Source: Rhynchopus sp. YZ270_cl-10 (taxonomy: Eukaryota). From it: a stretch of DNA of 64,000 bases. This document shows positions 1-10,700 of the stretch, one piece after another. The stretch is from assembly GCA_964035575.1 (NCBI GenBank), contig OZ037839.1, forward strand, positions 186,001 through 250,000, read 5' to 3'. The notes beneath the pieces are model-generated. The model was not told where the DNA came from, did not search any database, and saw only the letters and a program-made list of their open reading frames with translations. A program made the translations under genes and the position numbers. Each line of letters begins with the position of its first letter. Within the stretch, counting starts at the first letter, position 1.

Positions 1-1411
1 TCATTAGGTGTATCGGGGAACCCCTGAGAGGTACACATCACGGTGGTGGGCAGTACTGAGGCGGCCTGGTCTGCACACCCCAACAAAAACGATCACCATC
101 TCGTTCCCGAATAAACGTTGCAAGCAATGCGTACAAAAGAACCGCTGTGAAGAGCACAGAAAGTCCTCAACCCCATAGACGCTAAACGTGCCGTAGACAA
201 GCCAGTCCAAGACGGAGAAGCCTCCACTGAAGCACCACGCAGGACACGTACAGAACGGCCTCGTGCTATGCTACGATACAGAGGCCAGGATGGCTGGAAA
301 CATAGAGATCGTCTTTGCCACCGTCAGGGTTAGACACAGTTCCTCAAAACACAGATAAGTGCTCGAGAGAGTCGCCTGCCCACGCAGGATTCTGTTTGCA
401 CCACCGCACTGCGGACGACCCCCAGCTCTCGTTCAGGTGTAGTCGACAACTCCTCCCTCTGCGCGGAACAAGCAACTCGGTGGACACTGAAGACTTCACT
501 GTCGCGCAAGGGGAGACGACTGAGTTCGAAAGACCGATGCTGCAACGGGCGAAAAATAACCGTATTCAGTGTCCTCTTAAAGGACGGGCAATTTCCCAAG
601 GAAGGTGCAGTACCGTCTGACAACATCGGCACTATCTTAGCTGGAAACACGAAACACGCGGCGCTGCTTAACACGCACGCCTCGGGAAACCTTGTGGAGA
701 TGACGCAGATCAGCGACGATGCGTTTCACCGTACGCGCGTTTGCGTCGAACCCGATGAGACGTTCAATGATCAGAGCTAAACGCCTGGGACGGGGACCAC
801 TAAGACTTCCCCAGAGCCGTTCATCGATGGCTAGCTCGTTGGTTTGTCTGGGCGAAGAAAACGATGCCGACTACCCCGAGAACCCTCCATCTGGAAACAC
901 GACAAGCAGCGAAGGCCGTATCGTGCTCATCTGTGACGACACGTCTGGGTGCGCATCTCTGCTGCAACGGAAGGGTGACAGTCCCTTTGCAGATGTGACG
1001 GCAATGTTTTTAAATACACCGTACCATACGACACTCTCAGAAGGGGAGGCGTAGGACGTATGCTGACATTAGGAAGCCCTCTCTTGGTACTGTATGCCGC
1101 TGCCATCTGCTAGAGACACCACCCACTGCCACTCATAGGCATCTCGGCCTCAGGGACACCCTAACCCCCCGTATACATCGGAGACGAAGGCGCACAATGC
1201 GATCGGCAAACGTGAGCAGCGGAGCAAATCCCCAGTACAGAGTTGATGCCTGTTCCATATGTGTCTGCACTTTCATAGTGCAGCGCGCAGAAACCCCGTG
1301 TAGCGAAGTCCACCGTGCAGAGGCATGTCTTCAATCACAACCAAAGCAGATGCGTAACTGGTGCTCCAGGAGGGGCCGATATTGACAGGTCGCTGACAGG
1401 TCGTTGCCATA

Positions 1412-2831
1412 GGGGAGGGTCATTTTTTAACGGCCCTTAGCGATTTTTTGGTGGGGCACACACACAGACACACAGTGGCCCATACGGACCCTCAGGGTAC
1501 ACGAAGTAACGGGTGGTACATGTGGTATTACATGTAACTTTTGTTACATGTGGTACAGGTGGCGAAATCAGGTAGTGGTACAATGGTTTTGGGGGTGGTT
1601 CTGGGCAGCTTTCGGCGGTGATTTCTGGTAAGACCTAAAAAATCCTCAAAAATCGTTGTGAAAATTATGGTGGGTGGGTTTTTTACACATCGACACATGT
1701 AACATGATCACATGTACATGTAACTGTTACATTACATGTGAAGTTACATGTCATTTACGTAACGGTTTTCACATGTAACATTCCATGTAATGTAACTTAC
1801 TTCACCGCCGTGTGCTCCCCAAACCCCGCGCGGACCCTACACGACGGTGAAGTAAACTGACATGTGCCACCTAAAAATGACATGTACTTAACAGGTCATT
1901 TCACCTGTGGCACATGTCACTTTACATGTCAAATGACATGTGGCTAACATGTAAAAAAAGTTACGCGTAAATCACAATGTAAGGGGACAATGGGATATAC
2001 TCCGGACATGGATACCCACACAGAATACACGGTTACCCAGACATCTGTCAGGCAATCACTGATTCACTTCACACAGGTCGGGCAGGCGCTGCCTCTTTTT
2101 CCTGTCTGCTATCGATTCCAGGTTCAGAACGTTCAGACGTTTAGTCAAAATGCTTTGAGTGATGACTCCTTTTGGGATACACAAAACCACACCAAGCGCG
2201 ATCGCTGCTTCGGCAACGTGTCGAAATCAGCAGCGTCACACAGCCCTGAGTCCCTCAAAGCTGGAGGTGATTTCTACTACCACAGCTGGTCTGTGAACAC
2301 ATTCACAGACCAGCTGTGAAGCGGCAAAGAGTCGTTCAAGCTGGGATGCACAAGATAGAACGTGTGGATTTTGCACTTTTGACCACCACATATTATGTAC
2401 CTGTGTACCTGTGTACCTGTGTACCTGTGTACCTGTGTACCTGTGTACCTGTGTACCTGTGTACCTGTGTACCTGTGTACCTGTGTACCTGTGTACCTGT
2501 GTACCTGTGTACCTGTGTACCTGTGTACCTGTGTACCTGTGTACCTGTGTACCTGTGTACCTGTGTACCTGTGTACCTGTGTACCTGTGTACCTGTGTAC
2601 CTGTGTACCTGTGTACCTGTGTACCTGTGTACCTGTGTACCTGTGTACCTGTGTACCTGTGTACCTGTGTACCTGTGTACCTGTGTACCTGTGTACCTGT
2701 GTACCTGTGTACCTGTGTACCTGTGTACCTGTGTACCTGTGTACCTGTGTACCTGTGTACCTGTGTACCTGTGTACCTGTGTACCTGTGTACCTGAAAAT
2801 GGCTAAGTACTATTAAAAAATGACCCACCCC
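1412..2831. mobile_element. Non-autonomous TIR element (~1.4 kb) with an ACATGT-rich zone and an 8-bp microsatellite
   Basis: Left end GGGGAGGGTCATTTTTTAA (1412) and right end TTAAAAAATGACCCACCCC (2813-2831) are inverted repeats with 1 mismatch. The left end resembles the TIR of the element at 36064. Confidence 0.6.
2396..2795 (+). repeat. (TGTACCTG)n microsatellite, 50 copies
   Basis: Perfect 8-bp period over 400 bp. Confidence 0.98.
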
Positions 2832-3384
2832 CCCCGATATTGACAGGTCGCTGACAGGTCGTTGACTCATTTCCTATAGCACCAGTAACTGATAACAATG
2901 CAACGTCACAGTGGTTCTCGAGAAGAAGTAGGATGGAATCGCAGTCGCAGCTCCTGCCCAGGAGCAAACAAGCCACCTTCGGATAATTGCATACATCAGT
3001 CACCATATTGAAGCCAAACCTCTTCGGATCAGTCACCTGCTCCAACCGTTAGCCAGCAGCAAAAGTAATATGAGCCGAAACTGATGAAAGCGGGGATGTG
3101 TAGGACGATCGTCTTTCATAACAGCGCCTCCTACCCCCCTCTGGCACCAGGCCAGCTGTGGCTAAATAAATAGGAAGCCACGACGCACAGAAGTCAGCCG
3201 CGTCCTGTTTGAGGCTCAGCGCAGTAGTGCTACCTTCAAACGTACCACAAACAAAGAGGACCCATCGCTTCGTCAGCGGGCTGACTCCGCCCAAAACTAG
3301 CTCTTCTTTTTCATCGTCATCTTCATCTTCTTCATTTTGAAAAGTTGATGACGTGTTGATACCTCGCAATGAAGCACATTTTTT

Positions 3385-3627
3385 TTTTGTATACAACAGA
3401 CGAAGCGGTACGCGTACGGTTGTAAAGAAATAATACAGACCGAAATGTTTGGGCGTCTTCGGTTCGAATGATTGGAATTGTGTGTGTAGTTCAGACATAA
3501 ATACTGGCTCTTCTATCTTGTTCTTTTATTCATTGTTTTCCTTTCATTGCCCTTTGCTTGTGCTCCCCGACTCCAATTCAACCAACACTTACAGAGGGGG
3601 GTCAAAAAGTTATTAGCGTTTTTCATT
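3385..3627 (-). repeat. Dispersed ~240-bp repeat
   Basis: Reverse complement recurs at ~17428-17667 and partially at ~15288-15430. Confidence 0.8.
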
Positions 3628-4780
3628 AAAAAAAAAAAAAAAAAAAAAAAGAAAGAAGGAAAAGAGATAATTGGCGTTATTGTTGTTATTGGGATTTACA
3701 GTCTCACATTGTCTTTTTCGTTCGTTGTTCTATTTAGACACGTTGGGCCTAATGCGCCTGCACTGTTCGATGCTAGTATGTAAGCACAGAGCACCTAGGG
3801 TCTGACTATTACGCGCAGTACCGTCGAGGGACGTACTGTTGCAACGAACTTCACACCATTTCTCCGACTGTTTAGGTAGCCGCTTACATACAGCTCACAG
3901 GCGTCGCATCTGGGCAGTTTTTCACGTGGCGTTCGCCCTCACTCTTTGTCTTCCGACTCAGCAGCCATGGCGCGGGTCGTTTTACGAATTTTGAGGGAAT
4001 AAGCTACAGTTTTGTTGAATTGAATTGGAGAAGGGGATGCGTCCAATGAAAATCACGTCGTGTAGAAGAGTTCAAGAATGTAGGTTTTATTATTTTTTTT
4101 TTTTTTCTAATTATTTATTTGAAACGCAGAGTTTGTTTTGGCCCCGTCTGTGAGTGTTGGTTGAATTGGAGTCGGGGAGCAGAGGTTGGGGAGAAAAGAG
4201 AGAGAGGAAACAAATACAAGACTATCGAATTATACACACGAATTCATCCTTCGATTCCAAAAAGGTCCGATCCTTACAGTTTGTATTATTTCCTAACAAC
4301 CACTCCGTTACACTGCGTTACGCTGCGTTACACTGCGTTGTTGTCTGCAAAAGAAAAAAAACTTTTTCTGAATGCGGTGGTTACGTTTTGGGTATGGGGG
4401 GGAGAGTAAAATCTGGTCGATAAAAAAAACGCAAGCTTTTTTGTTTTTGTCTTGTTCACTCTTTTTTTCTTCTTCTTTTCTTTTTTTTCTTCCAGAAAAA
4501 GCAACGGTTGTTCTAAAGACTAAAAGACCCGAAGGTTTTTTAGAATTTATATTATTTTTCATGCAACAGAGGGAAGTCATTTCGACTTTTCTTTTTGAAG
4601 TTTTCTCTCTTTTTTTATTGAAAACTTGGTTGTTTTAGTGTAGACACCCAAAGATGAACTCCACTTTTATTGTTTTTTTTTGGCATTTTTCCACGGTGCG
4701 GGAGTTGGGCCAGACGATAACATGGAGAAAAATAACTTCGCAGAGTAGAAATGGTTTCAGATTTCTGTCATCGTGATCGA

Positions 4781-5000
4781 AGTCTTCACAAAGTCTTCAC
4801 AAAGTCTTCACAAAGTCTTCACAAAGTCTTCACAAAGTCTTCACAAAGTCTTCACAAAGTCTTCACAAAGTCTTCACAAAGTCTTCACAAAGTCTTCACA
4901 AAGTCTTCACAAAGTCTTCACAAAGTCTTCACAAAGTCTTCACAAAGTCTTCACAAAGTCTTCACAAAGTCTTCACAAAGTCTTCACAAAGTCTTCACAA
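4781..5000 (+). repeat. (AGTCTTCACAA)n 11-bp minisatellite, 20 copies
   Basis: Perfect 11-bp period. Confidence 0.97.
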
Positions 5001-6024
5001 TGTCCTATGCAATCTTCGACCACGAATCCCTCAATGATAGAGCTCATTGAAAAACAATAAAAAACAAAAAAAAAGCGGGTTTTCCTTCTTTAATGCCCAA
5101 CTCCCACATCCCCATTTTTTGTTAACACCCAGAAATAGCTCTCAGAGGTCAGCAAAAAGGGTTATATTGTCCCTTTTGTCAAAATCTCTTTGTTTTTTCT
5201 CTTTTGTCTATTTCCCAAAAAATTTGAAAAAAAAGGTATCGTTGAGAAAAAAAAACAAACAACGGAAGCGCTGAAACGAGTGTTTTCTCTCGCGCGTGAT
5301 ATTTTTGTGGGGAAGAATAAAACAGAAAAAAAAAGCGCTCGTTGCGCCCACTATCGTTTCCGCTACGATCTCACTAACGTTCCCACTCCATTCGGTTTTC
5401 TCTTACTTAGGAACAAAAGGGGTTTATTTTGTTTTTTGCGTTGGTTGCTCAATTATACCTTGTGGTGATTGGCGACCGTATCGGAGAAACTATTTTTTCC
5501 TTTTCAGCTACGATTGGTAGTATTGAAAAAAAAAAAGGGAATTAACGAAGGCATGGTATCGCGGAGTTGGGTTGAGGGAAGTTAACCCTAAAAATGAATA
5601 AAAATGATGATTAAGGCGCAAATGGCTCTGTGGCCGTAGACACCAATAAAAAGGCAGTGGGAGAATAATGCAAAAAAGAGCAAAATAATAAAAAAAAGGG
5701 GGTGTAGCTGAAAAGAGATTCTCACAACTTTTTTCGCAACTTTTCGCACTATTTTTCGAAACTTTTTTTCACGCTTTTTTCCACGTTATTCCTAGAGGGG
5801 TATAATGCGGTACAATGCAGTAAAGTAGGGAAACATGTTGCAAAAACAGAGCAAAAAAGAGCGAATTTGAGGTACACTCCCTTTTCAGTCACCGTATAAA
5901 AAAAAAGTAGTTTTTTTTTTTTTTTGTTTGTTTTTCCATAACGAGTGGACGACTGTCTTACTGTGCAAAAATCACATCCGAACAACACTCCCAGGGTGAA
6001 AACGATCTTTTTATTTGTACTGAG

Positions 6025-6759
6025 CAGTGTTTCCCAGCATCTCACCTAACTCTGAAAATAGGTGAGATTTTGCGGTTTTGCGGGTTTTTGTATAGGTGTG
6101 GCGAGCCCGGGCGCGCTTCGCGCGCCCGGGTCCCCACCTTAGCTCAAGTTGGGGGCCTCCGGCGGAATATGAGAATTTCTCGGAGTTCGGCACTTCATTG
6201 ATATTTGCACCAGGCACACGTGGTACACGAATTATCAGTAACCTCAGTACATTTACAAAATAAACGGCAGTCATGGCAGGCATGACACCCAAGCGAAGCC
6301 ACGGTACGCAACATTTCTAAAAATTGTTGACATAAATGTCACTGTCGTTGGAAGATTGGGGGGTCAGCTTGTTTTTGTGCCCAAAATTTCTCAGCACTGC
6401 TGACCAGGGACATTGGGAACATAGGGATTTTTGCGGAGCAAAAAAAAATCAAACAAATGGCGCCGCAGGCGAAAAAAAATTAGGGTACAGTGTAAAAATC
6501 TATCTTTTTACAGCACATAGTCACACACCTAACCCTTTTTTGCGGAGCAAAAAAGGGAAAATGGCGCCGCAGGCAAAAAAAAATTGAGGTACAGCCTGGA
6601 TGGTGCGGTCAGCAACCCAGTTCCCCATGGTATTCACGTGGTTCAACCATGATTTTTTTTTTTTTTTTTTTTTCCTGCAGGTGAGATTTCTCACCTCACT
6701 TTTTTTTTTTTTTTTTTTGTGAGATTTCTCACCCCAAAATCTCACCGTGGGAAACACTG
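6025..6759. mobile_element. hAT-like MITE (735 bp)
   Basis: TIR CAGTGTTTCCCA...TGGGAAACACTG with a perfect 8-bp TSD GTACTGAG (6017-6024, 6760-6767). CAGTG ends plus an 8-bp TSD are typical of hAT. Confidence 0.9.
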
Positions 6760-7753
6760 GTACTGAGCCCCTTCAATGTGGGTCAAAATGCCACGCGAAG
6801 TGGGTTCGGATACTTTACAGACGAAACACCTCATCGTGAGTCTGGAAGAGATGAGACTGCAGCATCGTATGTATAAGTGCCACAGCCTTCCTTCACCCAC
6901 TGTAGGGTCAGCCACGGAAAGCAAAGTGTAGGTCAATAAATACAATTTCGGTCAAAAACTCATCTATTCCGGAGCTCTGTATCTGTCTCTCATACACTTT
7001 CGAAACACGGCAACAACGTTCAATCCTTTGTGTTCAAACGAAAGAAAAAAACACCATTGTCAGCTCACTTTGCTGACCATAAGCTGCCATCCACATCCGC
7101 ACTTAAAAACAGTCAAACAAAACTATAAAAAATAAAAAATAAAACGTGAAAGACGAATGGCCTCTCGTGCACACACGTCTCCAAAAAAAGGGGGTTTTTT
7201 AAAAAAAGGGGGGGAGGGAACACACAAAGATAGTCACATTCAGAGTAGTGCTTTTTCTGTTGCCATTTTCCACGGTTCCTATGATCTGACTCATGAGGGT
7301 TTCGTGAACGACGATGTAATGATATCATCACAATCATGGGAGGGGGGAGTGTCCCTCGTCGCTGATAGTTATTGTTTCTTATTGTTACACAATATGCGAA
7401 CAACATCATTGACTCGGTGTGGCAAATGGGATGGGAAAAGAGCACGATTATTGACAACAGAAATGAAAGCACTGCAATGAGGAGTGAACAGGAGGGGAGA
7501 TTCCGGTCTCGGGCTACAGAGACCAACCAAGGAATGCATAAGGTGGTCAGACAGATGTATCAAATGGGGAATGGCAAAAATTCCTTGGTTGCAATAGTAA
7601 AACTAAAAAAAAATAACGATTCAAAAGTGAAATTGATAGACACTGTTTCCACGACACAACAAACGAAAGAATTTCTTCCAAATAATAAAAAGGTTACACA
7701 CAACGTGTTCATCCCCAAGAGGAAACAAAGCACCTATCACACAGCATGCATGC

Positions 7754-10700
7754 TCACAGCTTCCACACCACAAGGGTGCCGTCACGGCTCACAGTTGCCA
7801 GGCGTGTGCCATCGGGGGAGAAGTCCAGGCGTGGCAGGACAGCCTGCGAATGTCCCAGCAGGTCGTGCAGCACAGACCCGTCGTGCGACCACACCATCAC
7901 GTCACCCTCGCCCACAGCAGCAATCATCTTCCCGTCGCGTGAGAACTTGCTGTCGTGCACAGCACCCGACAGCATGCTCAGAGACACACCGTCCACAGCA
8001 CTGCCGTCACCAATCGAACTCCCGGGCAGCTGCGACACAAGGATCGTCCCGTCGCTCATCCCACGCAGGAGCGCGTTCCCACCAAAGGACGAGAAGGACA
8101 GTGCCGTCACACGTGCGGCAACAGAGGGCAGCTCAACAGCAGACGTCCCGTCCAGACCCCACACAGTCGTCACCTCGTCCACCTCAGACCCGCGCACTGT
8201 CGCAAGGTGTGCACCGTCCACAGAGAACCCCACGTTGCGTGCATGGTGGTTGATCACAGACGACGCCTTCGTCCTGTCCGACGCAAGCATGTCGAACACA
8301 CGTGTGCGTGCATCCTGTCCACCTCCGCTCACCACGTAGCGCCCGTCCCTCGTGAACTCCACACGGTGCACAGGTGTGCTCCCCGATGCAGACATGTCCA
8401 CCAGGGTTGCCTCCAGCACACCTGTCGCAGCGTCGCACACAACCACACGCCCGCCCTCCCCAGCAAGCGCCACCAGGTTGTTGTCTGGCGAGAACGCAAT
8501 GTCGTGCACCCTGAAGCCGTCTGCACAGCCCATCTGTCCCACCCGCACACCCGTGCGTGCGTCAAACACACGCACAAAACGGTCTGCTGACCCTGTCGCC
8601 ACACGACGTCCGTCCCACGAGAACGCCACCGACAGCAGGCGTGCAGGGTGTCTCACCTCAAATGCACACGCACGCGACGTCCCCCGCCCGCAACGCTGTG
8701 GCACTGTGTCCACCCCACACTGCTCCTGTGGAGGAGGTGTCGGTGCTCTGCATTCGTACTGGAAGGCAAGGTACGACCTCCCGTGGTAGTAAGTGCTTCT
8801 GAACTGCACAAACGCAGAACCACTCACCACAAGCTCCACACCCTCGAGGCCGGTGGTGTACGAGGACCAGTCATGCTCCAAGTTGAAGTTTGTGTCGTTC
8901 CCAGCCCCGGTCCCTGAGCTGTAGATAGACACGTAGGAATAGTAGTACAACTGAATGTCAGAGAACTTCAGCACAACGTCGTAATCACACTCAATGTGCC
9001 AGCACTCCGTGTGGGAGCTGTTGTAGTTTTCAAAGTTAACGTACCCAGTGCCTGTCCGGTCGTTGTGTGCCTCACAGACGTAGTTCACACCAGGAGCACG
9101 TGTGTTTGGCGCAGGTGAGGGTGGTGCTTGAGTGGTCGCATCCACACACGCGTAGTTGAAATCAACTCTCAGCTGTGCGTAGTAGTAATTACTTCTTACC
9201 TGCACAAATGCAGAACCGTGCACCACAACATCCGTAGGACTGTCGTAATAGTTGTACCTCTTCACCAAGGAGAAGTCTGTTCCATTTCCAGAATCGTTCC
9301 CTGATGTGTACACGTCCACGTAGGAAGAGGAGTACAGATTCATGGTGGAGAACGAGATGACAACATCCTTGTCACACTCAATGTGCCAGCACCTCGTGCG
9401 TGTATAGTATCCGCCCGGTCTGAGGGAAATCTGAAAGCTCGCGTTCCCAGTCGCATTGTTCAGGTCGGTGTGCTCCTCACAGACGTAGCTCACACCAGGT
9501 GCACGTGTGTCCGGCACATCTGTTGGTGGTGCTTGAGTGGTCGCATCCACACACACGTAGTCGAACTCAAGTCTTGACCACCCGTAGTAGTACGTGCTTC
9601 TGAACTGCACAAATGCAGAACCGTTCAGCACAACATCCATGGGACCGTCGTAATTGTTGAACCTCTTCTCCAAGGTGAAGTCTGTTCCATTTCCAGAATT
9701 GTTCCCTGATGTGTACAGGTCCAGGTAGGAATAGGTGTAGAGCTGCAGGGTGGAGAACGAGATGACAACATCCTTGTCACACTCAATGTGCCAGCACTCC
9801 GTGTGGTATGTGTCGTAGTTCTGAAAGCTCACGTTACCAGTCACATTGTCCCCCAAGTCGTTGTGCTCCTCACAGACGTAGCTCACACCAGGTGCACGTG
9901 TGTCCGGCACATCTGTTGGTGGTGCTTGAGTGGTCGCATCCACACACACGTAGTCGAACTCAAGTCTTGACCTCCCGTAGTAGTACGTGCTTCTGAATTG
10001 CACAAATGCGGAACCGTTCAGCACAACATCCATGGGACTGTCGTAATTGTTGAACCTCTTCGCCAAGGTGAAGTCTGTTCCATTTCCAGAATCGTTCCCT
10101 GATGTGTACAGGTCCAGGTAGGAATAGGTGTAGAGCTGCAGGTGAGAGAACGAGATGACAACATCCTTGTCACACTCAATGTGCCAGCACTCCGTGTGGT
10201 AGCTGTCGTAGTTCTGAAAGCTCACGTTACCAGTCACATTGTCACCCAGGTCGTTGTGCTCCTCACAGACGTAGCTCACACCAGGTGCACGTGTGTCCGG
10301 CACATCTGTGGGTGGTGCTTGAGTGGTCGCATCCACACACACGTAGTTGAACTCAAGTCTTGACCACCCGTAGTAGTACGTGCTTCTGAATTGCACAAAT
10401 GCGGAACCGTTCAGCACAACATCCATGGGACTGTCGTAATTGTTGAACCTCTTCGCCAAGGTGAAGTCTGTTCCATTTCCAGAATCGTTCCCTGATGTGT
10501 ACAGGTCCAGGTAGGAATAGGTGTAGAGCTGCAGGTGAGAGAACGAGATGACAACATCCTTGTCACACTCAATGTGCCAGCACTCCGTGTGGTATGTGTC
10601 GTAGTTCTGAAAGCTCACGTTCCCAGTCACATTGTCCCCCAGGTCGTTGTGCTCCTCACAGACGTAGCTCACACCAGGTGCACGTGTGTCCGGCGCAGCT

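Noticed and set aside
1..1375. Coding-like GC content with short ORFs
   Set aside because: No ORF over 114 aa and no recognisable motif. Possibly decayed TE or gene, but not supportable.
2277..2870. ORFs with periodic peptides (also 4751-5060, 30097-30988, 33430-33918, 58403-60883)
   Set aside because: Stop-free translations of microsatellites
4001..4012. AAGCTACAGTTT resembling part of a diplonemid spliced leader; also TTTCTGTACTT on the minus strand at ~17982
   Set aside because: Only 11-12 nt match, no continuation to the SL 3' end or GT donor
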